Positions 36,901-48,300 of a stretch of DNA of 57,616 nucleotides are shown here, in pieces. This DNA is from a virus. Lineage: Duplodnaviria > Caudoviricetes. The DNA lies in IMG/VR virus record IMGVR_UViG_3300027801_000025, positions 1-57,616 of that record; one strand, given 5' to 3'. Position numbers and translations under genes: made by a program. The notes beneath the pieces are model-generated. The model had not been told where the DNA came from and did no database searches. It saw only the letters and a program-made list of their open reading frames with translations. The first letter of the stretch is position 1, and every line of letters begins with the position of its first letter.

Positions 36901-38327
36901 CATTAAAACTAGATAAACCAGTACAATGGGCTCCAGAAGATAACGTGTTAAATATAATAAATGGTTACCATTATAACACTCCAATACAAATAGGTACAAC
37001 ATATGTTGATGAAGATGATTTAGATGGGTTTACAACAGATAACCCAGGTATATGGGAGACAGAGCCTAAAGAAGTTGCTGAGCTAGACATATATTACGAA
37101 GCTAGTAACGCTTACGCTATAAGTACACATGGCAATGATCAGGCTTTAGATTATCACAATTGTTTTTCATTTGCTAATGGTGTTGAATCTAACAGAATAA
37201 GAGATGATTTTAATGCTAAAACTATAAACAAAGGTGTTAAAGCAAGTAGCACTGTAGCTGAGCAGTATAACGAAGAGGTTAAAACTAACGGTTTAATATT
37301 CTCTGGAATATTTAACTCTACAGCCAGTGTGAATAGATTGAATCAATTTATAATGGCCGAAGCTATAACTAAAGATCTTAACCCAGAATACGGTAGTATT
37401 CAAAAACTAAACACTAGAGATACTGATGTTACTGTATTTTGTGAAGATAAAGTTCTTAGAGTTTTAACAAATAAAGATGCTTTATTTAACGCTGATGGTA
37501 ATGCTAACATAACAGCTAATAAAAGTGTGTTAGGTCAATCTATGCCTTACGTTGGAGACTTTGGAATTAGCTTAAACCCTGAGAGCTTTGCTAAGTACGG
37601 TTTTAGAAGTTACTTCACCGATAGAGCAAGAGGAACTGTTTTAAGGTTGTCTAGAGATGGTTTAGAACCTTTATCACCTAAAGGTATGGCTGATTACTTT
37701 ACTGACAAGTTAGCTGTGACTCAAATAGCTGTTGGTTCGTATGATGACAAGAAAGGATCTTACAACATATCTTTACAAAGTAATACAGTAAGAGGCGCCG
37801 ATGAAACAGCTACGTTTAAAGAGAACGTAGGTGGTTGGCCAAGTAGAAAGTCTTTTATACCTGAAAGCGGTATATCACTAAACAACATGTACTACACGTT
37901 TAAAGGTGGTGAAATGTACTCTCATGATAACGAGACTAGAAATAACTTTTATGGTGTTCAATATAATTCTAGTTTAAAATTAATATTCAATGATAATCCT
38001 GACGTTGTTAAAAGCTTTTTAACTCTTAACTACGAAGGTACCCAACCATATTGGAAAGCTGATTTAAATGACGGAGAATATTATAACAACGCCACTAAGT
38101 ATGGTTGGTGGAATACAGCTGTTGAAACGGATCTACAATCAGGTAAAGCAAATGAGTTCAAAGGCAAAGAAGGTAAGTGGTTTAACTACATACACGGTAC
38201 AGCTACAACGTTAAGTAATATTGATACTGAAGAATTTTCAGTACAAGGTATTGGTAGTTTAGCTAGCATATCAGGTGATGTTGCTCCAGCTAATGTAACT
38301 ATAACGGTAAAAGAAAACAACGACTAA
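33915..38327 (+). CDS. Tail muzzle / stabilization protein (P22 gp10-like)
   Basis: GRMNKDLDERLVP.GEYRDALN N-terminus, KEGKWFNYI C-terminus, 1470 aa. Confidence 0.75.
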   Translation: MPEIKRDFRAGRMNKDLDERLVPSGEYRDALNIQVASSEGDDVGSIQNVLGNKLAYPSLINIAGGKCIGSCRDSANDKIYWFIAGTSVDVIAEYDQYTKTVSPVLVDTSNVLDLNASNLITGVNIIEGLLFFTDNRSEPKTVDIKKFKAGSSNYTTHTLLTTAHSTATYNFTLDDVTVIKKSPIEAPTIAMSASVRGGIVESVCIAKSFVDGSGDALAPGAHPDSNSNFTFQHNMNLLVGDRLKFTILDETEDDEVIATVIDILSFSPNSFKLNLDSVSDGIVTGTQDWRVILMEDKSLFEFKFPRFAYRYKYDDGQYSAIGPFSQVAFLPDEFDYNPKKGFNKGMVNTLKKLTVSNFITSYIPKDVVELDVLYKEDGSTNIYTVKSLKGKPENQDEEWTNNSMLIESEIIYKILPSNQLLRPWDNVPKKAKAQEFTANRLLYGNYTQQYDIKDVNNAEITPKFSVSIIQSSDSTYGVRTPGKSIKSMRTYQLGVVYRDEFGRETPVLTDTTGSIQLPKSQAVNWNVLQVKLLSNPPSWATHYKYFLKETSAEYYNLAMDRHYPAEDGNVWLAFPSAERNKVTDETFLILKKRHDSDAFVEDEARYKIIAIENDAPDFLTISKVSKGIATADTNGNLFIDGGYPEKGTAQIRIPRSLWKPHFGGTTGSSDDVDLSTASIHTLSDLMVRVKKGNNVTKYYDIANIIYEPTSTGLEFVNTTTDCPDNKYWQINIEKTFDESDVNWLGTVGDGNTIQSVSMTVEIAQKVRKLKPEFQGRFFAKIYRDSSLEQNILQFNNIDEMKVVAQNNFWQVGNDAGTSLGYNTGGGQNQRYNYWRNKDKGTGTDHTANWFIPRFKKFNWWKDLGGEGDVQVNRGLGEVSDSVVVNTQAYGIRQGEDVVEIAFHNFGKKGKNTSNGQDDVVWGEWIKFGNTVAGEHKDFVNALQTIGNYIKFSGDPDETAYEIKGYRRGGAVMYKGRKSGGGGRTGTFASSRVVIFTLKLDKPVQWAPEDNVLNIINGYHYNTPIQIGTTYVDEDDLDGFTTDNPGIWETEPKEVAELDIYYEASNAYAISTHGNDQALDYHNCFSFANGVESNRIRDDFNAKTINKGVKASSTVAEQYNEEVKTNGLIFSGIFNSTASVNRLNQFIMAEAITKDLNPEYGSIQKLNTRDTDVTVFCEDKVLRVLTNKDALFNADGNANITANKSVLGQSMPYVGDFGISLNPESFAKYGFRSYFTDRARGTVLRLSRDGLEPLSPKGMADYFTDKLAVTQIAVGSYDDKKGSYNISLQSNTVRGADETATFKENVGGWPSRKSFIPESGISLNNMYYTFKGGEMYSHDNETRNNFYGVQYNSSLKLIFNDNPDVVKSFLTLNYEGTQPYWKADLNDGEYYNNATKYGWWNTAVETDLQSGKANEFKGKEGKWFNYIHGTATTLSNIDTEEFSVQGIGSLASISGDVAPANVTITVKENND

Positions 38328-38328
38328 T

Positions 38329-40128
38329 ATGGCACTAACTAATTGTATTATAAATTCACAAACAACAGACACGCCAGGTGGGCAGGCTATAGGTTCGTTA
38401 GCTAATGTAATATTAAGAATAAAGCCAAATCACGGTTATGTTTTACAGGCTTTAGATTTCTCTAACAACACTGGTTCTATTACTGGTGTTACTAGTATAG
38501 CGTTATCTAACTCTGGAACAGCTTATGCTGATGACAACGAGGTTTTGGTTACTGTAGATTTAGATAATACATTTTCACCTAGTGCTGATGTAGATATAAC
38601 TATAGATATAGATGGAGCAGCTATATTAAAAAAGCTTGTTCCGCAAACAATAAATGGTACATATGATACGGTTGCCACTAACGCAACGCCAGCTAGTCAA
38701 ACAGCTGTTCAGTACAGTGTGTTTGGAACACCAGGTAGTATAGTTAGTTTGTTTAGTAAAACTTTCACAGCTTCGTCTGGTAAGTTTTTTGAAACACCTC
38801 CTTCTTATGTTATCTCTACTGGATTACAAGATACATATACTATCACTGTGACAGATACATATACTAGTGATATTTATTTAACCGCTAGAGCATTCACTGT
38901 TAAAGGCAAGATACCTAGTCAAACTATTAATGGTGACAATATTGACTTCACAGCCAACGCTGGTGGCACTATAGCAGCTGTATCAACGGGTAAGATAACA
39001 GCGTTTAGATTAAATACCAGTACTATGACTCATGATAGAGGTAGTAGAAAACTAGCAATATACGGTGATGTTGGTGCTCAATTTACAATAAGCATGACTA
39101 ATGAAGATAGTTTAGCTTACAACTTTACTAATAGTAACTTTGTTAGTGGAGCTACGTTTACAGGTACTATACCTTCTGTTGGTTCGATTTTGTTTGATAT
39201 AAATATACCCGCTGTAACTGACGATGATTTATATAGCTTTATATTAAGCACCGCAACTCTTAGTGGATCTCAACTAGCAGCTAACATAGATTCCAACGGA
39301 GATCAAGTTGCTAACTTTTCTATATCACAAATAGGTGATGTAACATACACTGTAACAACAGATGCGTCTACAGATTCTAGGACATACACAAGTAACCCGT
39401 CAGCAGTACATATTGGCCAACCATTTGTGGAGTATGATTTTGTAAAAACCGTAACATCTGTTTTAACTTTAACCGACAACGTAGACATAGTTTTAACTAG
39501 ACTACCATTACCTGAGGATTTTATAGCTTTAAACACTAACTCTGCCTCTGGAACTGATTCTTCTATAGACATAACAAGTGTAACTGCAAACCCAGCTACG
39601 TTAGGAGCTTCTGGAAACCAAAGTATAGCTTTTACTATTGTGTCTACAGTAGACTTTTTTGGGTCAACAGCATCTTCACATACTTTAGATTTAGGTAATT
39701 TTATGACAGCGGAAGGCACGAGTGGAGCTTCTGGATTTAGATTATACACACCTACTACATCTGGTGTTTCTGGTCTTATATTAGGGCCAGCTAGAGCTGA
39801 TTATAACATCTCTGGTGGTATGTCAGCTATTGGAGCTAAAAGCGTTCCATATGGAGCTCCAAATGGACAAAACTTAACTAATGGAACTGGAATACTATAT
39901 GGTAACTTCTACGGTAATAGCTTACAGCAAATAACGCTAACGATAAGCGCAACTGCTAATTCTGCGTTTGATCAAACAACTAATTTAACAATAGCTAAAA
40001 GCACTTTGGTTGGTCAAGCGCCATCACAAGACTTGCATTACACTTGGACTGCTCAAACCGATGAGATAATAGACGCTAGCTCTGATATGACATTCAATAT
40101 AGCTGTCTCTTTAACTAACTCCCCATAA
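38329..40128 (+). CDS. Beta-rich virion structural protein
   Basis: T/S-rich 599 aa in the tail module. Confidence 0.6.
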   Translation: MALTNCIINSQTTDTPGGQAIGSLANVILRIKPNHGYVLQALDFSNNTGSITGVTSIALSNSGTAYADDNEVLVTVDLDNTFSPSADVDITIDIDGAAILKKLVPQTINGTYDTVATNATPASQTAVQYSVFGTPGSIVSLFSKTFTASSGKFFETPPSYVISTGLQDTYTITVTDTYTSDIYLTARAFTVKGKIPSQTINGDNIDFTANAGGTIAAVSTGKITAFRLNTSTMTHDRGSRKLAIYGDVGAQFTISMTNEDSLAYNFTNSNFVSGATFTGTIPSVGSILFDINIPAVTDDDLYSFILSTATLSGSQLAANIDSNGDQVANFSISQIGDVTYTVTTDASTDSRTYTSNPSAVHIGQPFVEYDFVKTVTSVLTLTDNVDIVLTRLPLPEDFIALNTNSASGTDSSIDITSVTANPATLGASGNQSIAFTIVSTVDFFGSTASSHTLDLGNFMTAEGTSGASGFRLYTPTTSGVSGLILGPARADYNISGGMSAIGAKSVPYGAPNGQNLTNGTGILYGNFYGNSLQQITLTISATANSAFDQTTNLTIAKSTLVGQAPSQDLHYTWTAQTDEIIDASSDMTFNIAVSLTNSP

Positions 40129-40138
40129 ATAAAACAGT

Positions 40139-40483
40139 ATGGCCAACATAACATTAACATTTACATACGCAGTACAAGACTCGGTACAGATAGGTGATAC
40201 AGCTTATTTTGCATCTACTTCTACGGTTGGTGGTTTTAATACTGCTGGAACTATAAAAGAGATAGGGGCTATAACTGCTGTCACTGAATTTAGTATATCT
40301 TGTGATATAGCTGCTTTTGCGCCCAGGCCACAAGCTACTGATTTCATATTGTTTAGCAAGGATAACCAAGCTAACATGGCTAGTATAGCGGGTTACTATG
40401 CTGAAATAGATTTACAAAACAATAGCACAACAGCTGCTGAAATATTTCACGTTAGCTCCGAAGTAGTTGAAAGTAGTAGATAA
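40139..40483 (+). CDS. Small tail-associated protein
   Basis: ORF track, 114 aa. Confidence 0.6.
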   Translation: MANITLTFTYAVQDSVQIGDTAYFASTSTVGGFNTAGTIKEIGAITAVTEFSISCDIAAFAPRPQATDFILFSKDNQANMASIAGYYAEIDLQNNSTTAAEIFHVSSEVVESSR

Positions 40484-40517
40484 CGTGTAATTATATAACT
40501 ATAAAAATTTAACAAAG

Positions 40518-41198
40518 ATGATAATAGAATTATTTGAAACAATAACATTAGTAGAACCTAGTATGGATTACGGTATAGCTCCTTTAGCTTTAGCCGCTGG
40601 TTTAAAAATAGGATCTAAAATAGCTGGTGGAATAATTGGAAGTGGTGCTAGAAAAAGAGAAATGAGAGAGGCAAAAGCTGGTTATGATAAACAACTATCC
40701 GCTTTAGAGAGTCAGGATATATCCAACCCATATGCTAACGAACAGAATGTCTATGAAGACCTAACTGTTAACACGCAGGAAGCTGATATGCTAGCTGGGC
40801 AACAACAACAAGCTTTAGGTAACACTATGCAAAACCTTCAAGGTGCGGCTGGTGGATCTGGTATAGCTGCGCTAGCTCAGTCAATGGCTAATCAACAATC
40901 ACAAAACTTACAACAAGCAACGGTTAGTATAGGTCAACAAGAATCTGCTAATCAATTAACTACAATGCAAGAGCAAGGTGCTATGAACAGCAGACAGGTT
41001 GAAGGAGAAATGTATACTAGAAGAGCTCAAGCAGCTAGAACCAGTGGTATGTTAAGTAGGGCTGGTCAAAGATACGAAGGTGCTATTAAAGAAAAACAAA
41101 GAGCTACAGGTCAATTGATGGGTGGCATTGGTGAAGCAGTCGGACTTGGCTCTACGTACTTACCAGGTGGAGTAAACCATAGAGATGAACAAGATTGA
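40518..41198 (+). CDS. Putative internal virion (ejection) protein
   Basis: Gly/Ala hydrophobic helix plus Q/A-rich helical body; position before the giant protein. Confidence 0.6.
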   Translation: MIIELFETITLVEPSMDYGIAPLALAAGLKIGSKIAGGIIGSGARKREMREAKAGYDKQLSALESQDISNPYANEQNVYEDLTVNTQEADMLAGQQQQALGNTMQNLQGAAGGSGIAALAQSMANQQSQNLQQATVSIGQQESANQLTTMQEQGAMNSRQVEGEMYTRRAQAARTSGMLSRAGQRYEGAIKEKQRATGQLMGGIGEAVGLGSTYLPGGVNHRDEQD

Positions 41199-41214
41199 TA
41201 ATTAAATTAAAGAA

Positions 41215-42393
41215 ATGGCATTAGAGACAAAACAATACTTACAAGATTTAGCAGGTCCACAAAACCCAAACGTAGCACCACCTAGCGAAACAAACCCTAA
41301 CATTGCAGCTAGAGAAAAAGCTATAAAGCAAGCTAACAACGATAGGGTGAATGCTTATTTAGATAAGTTGCCAGATGGTGTTGAGCTAGCTAAAATACCA
41401 CCTAAGTATAAAGCAGACGTACAAAATTGGGCATTTAGTAAGAAATCAGAAATAGCTAAATTAAAGCTCGGAATAAAAAACTCTGAAGCAGGTAGTCCTC
41501 AAAATATGCAACTTAGGCAAGAGGTACAAAAACATGAAGCAGCTTTTGAAAACTTAAACAATCAACTTACTAATTACCATGGTTATAAGGACGAGTATTT
41601 AAAAACTACATATGAAGGTAATCTTAGTGACGCTAATAATCCTGATAAAGTAAATGTGCTTAGTGGTGTTTATACTGATCAAATGGGTATGATAATAAGT
41701 GACAGTGGTGATTTAATGTTTGAAAATGATGGTGGAGCGATAAAATTCAACGATCTACCTGATTACACTGTTAAAGATAACGCAGCCGCGGGTGAAGTGT
41801 TAAACATGAACGAACAAGCTTTTAAATCAAAAGCACCATTATCTAAAGGTCAAGAGCAGATATACAGATTAAAACTAAATAAGATGATGAACAACAGGGA
41901 TACTGTTAAATCTTTAGCTATGGACGACTTCATAATGGAAGGTGGTTTAGGCTTAGATAGAAACCTTATTTTTGATGACTCTAGATCAGAAGAGCTTAGA
42001 GAGACGGTAGTTAACAGTTATCTAGACATGTTTAAAAACACCGCGTTAGATTCTTATAACACTAATCAAAGTAAAGGAGCTTTCAAAGGTGGCACAGCGT
42101 CTTCAAGAAAATATAGCGCTAGGTTAGATAACATCAATACTGGTTGGGAAGCTTTAGGTCAAGGAGATCCATCGGTTTTAAACAGAACGCTTAGTGGTAA
42201 TGACGAGTTAGTACCATTAGAAGAAGAAGAAGGATTATATACTTATTATAACGGAAGTAAACAAACAGTTATAGATCCAAACGATCCAAACGATATACAA
42301 TTTATACTATCAGGTCAAAACATACCAGATGATATGTGGCCTAAAACAAACAAACCAACTTATAATGAGCTAATAGATAAATACAAAGAATAA
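41215..42393 (+). CDS. Putative internal virion (ejection) protein
   Basis: Helical 392 aa; position. Confidence 0.55.
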   Translation: MALETKQYLQDLAGPQNPNVAPPSETNPNIAAREKAIKQANNDRVNAYLDKLPDGVELAKIPPKYKADVQNWAFSKKSEIAKLKLGIKNSEAGSPQNMQLRQEVQKHEAAFENLNNQLTNYHGYKDEYLKTTYEGNLSDANNPDKVNVLSGVYTDQMGMIISDSGDLMFENDGGAIKFNDLPDYTVKDNAAAGEVLNMNEQAFKSKAPLSKGQEQIYRLKLNKMMNNRDTVKSLAMDDFIMEGGLGLDRNLIFDDSRSEELRETVVNSYLDMFKNTALDSYNTNQSKGAFKGGTASSRKYSARLDNINTGWEALGQGDPSVLNRTLSGNDELVPLEEEEGLYTYYNGSKQTVIDPNDPNDIQFILSGQNIPDDMWPKTNKPTYNELIDKYKE

Positions 42394-45300
42394 ATGAACG
42401 AACTAGAAAAAATCGTACAGCGCATGATCGAGGCTGGTGAGCCTGAAGAGAATATAGCAACTGTTATACAATCTTACAACTCGCCGGGAAAGACATCGGA
42501 TCCTGTACAAGTGGAGTCAAACACGGGATCAGAAGATACGGACTCCAATTCGGTAAATACTTTGTCGGAATCACAAGAGGAGAATAACGATTTTGAAGAT
42601 TTTCTTGGACAAGATTACGTAGATGCTAAAAACAAAGAGGCTAAAGGTAAAGGAGACATGGGTTTTCTTTATGGAGCTATTGACTGGGTATCTGATATAG
42701 GTAGATCAGGAAGCGCTGGTTGGGATTTGGGTGGAACACTAGATTCTTCGTTAAACCTACATAACAAAGGTATGTCTGGAATGAGTGAATCTGAAAAGGA
42801 AGAGCTAGTTAAAGACATGAATACATCTTTGAATATAGGTAGAACAGATGAGATGAAAGCTTTTGACGATGCATATGCTAAAAATGTAGAAAAACACGGT
42901 GGTATTAAAGCTTTTTTCATGGGTTGGTCAGAAAACAAAACCGTGATGACTCAGTACTCTATGCAATCTATGGCTATGATGGCCGCTTCTCTAGGGAACG
43001 GTGAATCAATAAAAACTGCCTTAAAAGGAGGTGCAGCTGGTTTTGGAGTTGGATTTGCAGCAAGTAAGTATGGTAAAATGATTCCTGGTAGAGTTGGAAA
43101 AGCTTTAAGCACTATAACAGCTTTACAAGGAGCTGGTGGTGGACTTATGGGTGGTATATCAAAAACTTTAGAAAAAGGTTTTACTACTATGGATCTTTTA
43201 AATGAAAAAGGAGCTGAAGTGTATGGTGATAAATGGACTTCAAGCTCAAGTGAAGGTAAATTATCAATGCTTGAAGAAATGACCTCTAACAAAGATCTTT
43301 ATGATGATATAAAAAGTAAAGCTGTAGCTAGAGGTAATACAATTGGTTTTGTAGACGCTGTAACAGGTATGGTTACGTTAGGAGTTGGTACAAGTATAGG
43401 TAGAGGAGCAGCTAAAAGCTCTTTATCAAGAGGTACAAAGTTACTACAAGCTGGTGGTATGGCTGCTACTGAAACAGCTGGTGGAATAGTTAGTGAAATA
43501 GGTGGTCAAATTGCTGCTGGACAAGATATAGATCCAAAAGAATATTTGTTAGAAGGTGTTGCTGATAAAACATTTACATTAGCTTCAACTGTTAAAAGAG
43601 GAATAAGAAACAATCCTAAGTATAAAATTAACGGTGAAGAGATGAATGGCAAAAGGTTTCAAGAGACCGTAATGTCTTTAGATGATGAAGCTTTTGTTGG
43701 TGGTGATTTTTCAGTAGAAAATAGCCCTGTTATGAATCAAATAATTCAAAACAGACAACAAGACATTAACATAGATATGGATATAAACAGCCAAGTTAAT
43801 GACGTGGCTGATAGAGCTAAAATAATAAAACTTGAAAGAGAAGTTAATTCACTATCTGGTAAGTCAACAGTTTCTTCTAAAAACAAAGCTTCTAGTTTAA
43901 AACAACAAATAAAAGAAATTGAGTTAAAATACGAAAACAATCAAGACGTAGCTACTCAAGATCAAAGAAAGCAAGCTATAGCTCAAGCAAGATCTAATAA
44001 GTTTGACAATGCTTACAATAAAAACTATAAAGCTGTAGAGTCTTTTGCAAAAAAGAAAGGTTTAAATGTTTTAGATTTTGAAAACGAAAATGACTATTTC
44101 AATGCTATTGCAAAAAACCAAGGTATAAGCTTCGAGCAAGCTAAAAAAGCTTCAAAATTATCTGACGGGGCTTTTGTTGGAAAAGGTGAAATATTTATAA
44201 ACAAAACTAGAGCAAGAGAGGTTGGAGCGGTAACAGTAGCTCAGCATGAAGTATTACACCCTATACTTAACTCTTTAATAGGTGGTATAGGTAGTCAAGG
44301 TAAAATAGTAAATGAGTTTAAAAAACAACTAAACTCTAAGCAAAGAAAAATAATAGAAAAAGCTCTAGGTGATCAACCAAGCGACACTGAATATTTAAAT
44401 GTTTTTACTGATAATTTTGATGCTGTAATGGCAGAGCAAAATATAACACAAAAAATTAGTGACTTTTTTAAAGATCAGTTCGTTAAGCTAGGCTTTGAAA
44501 ACATTAATTTTGAAACAGGTGACGGTATATATAACTTTCTTAAAGAATACAATACAAGTATTAAAAAAGGTAAGTTAAGTGAAAGAGCTGAAAAAGCTGT
44601 TGATAAAGCTGAAAGTAAAGCTAAAACAAAGATTAGCGATGTAGATGTTGCTGATAAAGTACAGTACTCACAAACGTCAGCTGAAGCTCAGAAGGTTAAC
44701 GACATATATGAAAACACACCTAATAAAACAGAAGCTGGTTTTGAAATAGCTATGTTATATAGAGGTATGGCTGAAAGTGTATTTAAGTCATTAAGAGACG
44801 GGAGTGGTTATGTTCAGGATCAAGTAGATGTTATCAATGATAACAAAGACGATATGATACCTATGATGCTTTACGATAAAATACCTAGTCAAGCTTCAGA
44901 TTCTAAAGCTAGAAATGTTTTAGGTTTAGTTCAAGATTTTGAAAAGGAAAAGCAGAAATACGGTAACGTTGCTGCGTATATAAATACATTCTTTAAAAAT
45001 AGATCAAAAGAAGTTTTTAAATACTTTGTGCCAGATGCAGTACTAGAAGGTTTAAATAAAGAAGATGGTACTTTAAAGACAGCTGTTAAGAAAAAGAAAA
45101 ACACTGTAGCTAAAGAAGAAACAGGTCCTGTTGCTAGAAAAGCTACTAGCTTTGATAAACTAAAGGATGGAAATAATAAAGATTTTTACAGTGAAACAAT
45201 TAAAAGAGATGTCATAAAAGATGTTGGTATGATACTGATTAGAAACATTGGTAGAAAGAAAATTAGCACTGATAATATAATAGAAAACATAGAGGAAAAC

Positions 45301-48300
45301 GTTGACAAGCATATATCTAGAACTATCAAAGATCAGATGGGTGATATAAGCAATAAAAAAGGTCAACTAGAAGTTAGCTCTAAATATAAAGAATTTATAA
45401 ATGATAGCTACCAAGTGGCTATTAAGTCTTTTCCTTTGAGTTCTATAAAGAAATCATACGGTAAGCTATTTAAGCTTGAGAAGCTAAGTAGAGAGAAAAC
45501 AGCAGTAGGTAAGGGTGTTTTTAAAATGACAGCACCTACAAGAGCTGAGTGGGGTGCGCATCACACTATAGGTCGTTATACAACGCTTAAAGCTAGACAG
45601 TTAGTTTTAGCTAAAGAAATGGCTGCTGATTTTAATAAAACAGAAGTTAGTAAATTATTAACAGACGGGAAATTTATTGAAAAGCTACTTGAGGTTGCTG
45701 ATCTTAGTAATGTTGAGTTACCCGCTATAGTTTTAGATCAAACTATTAAAGATATAAACGTAGGGTTAGATAGAAAGATAGATGAAAGTAGAAGTTTTGA
45801 CACCACTATTCAGTTCAGTCAAACAATGTACGACTCTAAACAAAGCGAAGCTGTTATAAAAGCTTTAAAAACTCCATACGCTAAACATGTATATAGAACT
45901 AACTACATAGAAAGAACCAACGAAAGATGGTTAGTAAAAGCTATATCTCAAGTGCTAAAAGCTTCTGATATAAAAGATGCTAGAAAAATAGCTGAAGAAT
46001 TAGGAAAACCTTGGATGGCGAAAAACACTGTAGCTAAAGAAAAACAAAAAGGTCTAGATTTTGCTATAGATAATTTACATACAAAAATAACTGGAGGTGA
46101 GGTAACTGTAAGAGCTTTAAACGCTAAGCACGGTATTAAAAGTATAGTAGATTTAAATAGTTTAGATGGTGTTAATAGTGCTAGAAAAGCCATAAATTAT
46201 ATATCTAAAAAATTAACCAAAAGTGAGTTTATAAGAGGTATATATCAGGGTGTTACAAATCCAGCTAGAGTAGCAGGTTTTGAAGTTAATGATAATGTTG
46301 GATTAGAAATTAAAAAATCTGAGGCAACAGCTATACCAGAGTTTAAAAGCAATGGTAAAAGAAATAAAGCGTATTACTCGGCATTTAAAAACACTAAAGA
46401 TATAAATAAAAACGTAAATATAGAATCTACGAAAGACAGCTTTAGAGACGGTAATATAACTAAAAAGGATTGGTATTATGGAAATCCATTCAACAAACTT
46501 GATGATAACGGTAAAAAAGCTTTTGTAAAAAAATTATATGATAGCAGTTTAGAAGATAGACGTATATTGTTAAAGCTTGCAGATGTGTTAAGAAAAGGTA
46601 TTGTAGATGGTGATTTAACATACCAACAAGTGCAGTGGGTTTTAGTAACTCAATTTGGTAACATGGTTGGTGTTGGTAAAGCAGCGGCTGGTCCTAAGTT
46701 TTTAATGTTAGATAAGAATGATAATGTATTAACATTTAAAAATTTTTCAGATAAGAAAAAAGATCCAGGTGTACTAGAGCACATGATACCAGCTGATTAC
46801 ATAAAAGGATTAGTTTATGATTATGTTATAACGGGTAATAAAGAAACTTTAGTTGCAGAATTAGAAAATTATGCTACGTTGGTTTTACCAGATGTGATTG
46901 ATAAAAAACTTAGAGAAGATGGTACTCAATCAGCTATGGGTATAGATCACAAAGTAGGATCTAAACCTACTGATAACAGATATTCAGGTACAGGATTAAG
47001 GTTATATGACGTTTCTACAGGTAAGATTATAGACACGGGATTACAATACTCTAAAACAGAATACAATAAATCGGCTAACATAATAAAAGCTGAAAATATA
47101 GTTAATGGTCCACCAAAAGGTATAAGTGTATTTGACTTTGATGACACACTTGCTCAAACTAATAGTAAGATATTAGTGACAATGCTTGGTGGTAAGAAAA
47201 TTAAGATAGATGCTACTGAGTTTGCGCTACAGTCTGCTGATTTAGAAGCTGCTGGTGCAAAGTTTGACTTTAGCGAATTTAATAAAGTTATTGAGGGTAA
47301 GAAAGGTCCTTTGGCTGATCTTGCATTAAAAAGACAAGGTAAGTTCGGAAGCAAAGATATATTTGTATTAACCGCTAGGCCACAACAAGCTGCGTATGCT
47401 ATACATGCATTTTTAAAAGGTATTGGTTTAGATATACCTATAGATAATATCACAGGCTTAGAAGATGGCAAAGCACAAGCTAAAGCTGATTGGATAGCGG
47501 AAAAAGCTGCTGATGGTTATAACGATTTCTACTTTGCAGATGATGCTTATAAAAACGTCAAAGCTGTACAAGATACATTAAACCATTTAAATTTAAATCC
47601 AAACGTAGAACTAGCTAAGATTCAATTTAGTAAAAGTAATTCAGATATATTTAATGATATACTAGAAGGAACTAAAGGTGTTAAGTCAGAAAAAAGATTT
47701 AATCCTGCAGCGGCTAAAGCTAAAGGTGCTACTAGAAAAAACAGTTGGTTTATACCACCTGGTGCAGAGGATTTTCAAGGCTTGATATATCAATTTTTAA
47801 CTAAAGGTAAAAGAGGAGAGTTACAAAAGAAGTTTTTTGAATTAAGATTGTTTAAACCTTTCGCTAAAGCTAACGCAGCTATGAATAGAGCTAAGCAAGC
47901 TTACGTTGACGGTTTTAAAGCTATAAATAAAAGATACCCTGGAGTAAATGAAAAGCTAAATCAAAAGCTTAGTAAAGGTGAATACTTTATGCAAGATGCT
48001 GTTAGAGTTTATATATGGAACAAAACAGGTCAAGTAGTTCCTGGTATGGATCAAAATGAAGTTCAATCTTTAGTTAACTTTGTTGAAAAGTACTCAGACA
48101 TAACGGCTTACGCTAATGACATAATCAATATGTCTAGAGATACAAACTACATAAAACCTAGTGAACATTGGTTAGATGGTAGCGTTGCTAGTGATATACA
48201 AGATCTAACGTCTAAAGAAAACAGAAAGAAGTTTCTTGGTGAATGGATAAAGAATAAGAATGAGATATTCTCTAAAGAAAATCTAAATAAAATAGAGGCT

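Noticed and set aside
47131-47151. DFDD as a crAss-type virion RNA polymerase catalytic motif
   Set aside because: The context is hhhDxDxTL with downstream TAR and DD, which is a HAD signature, not the DxDxD RNAP loop.
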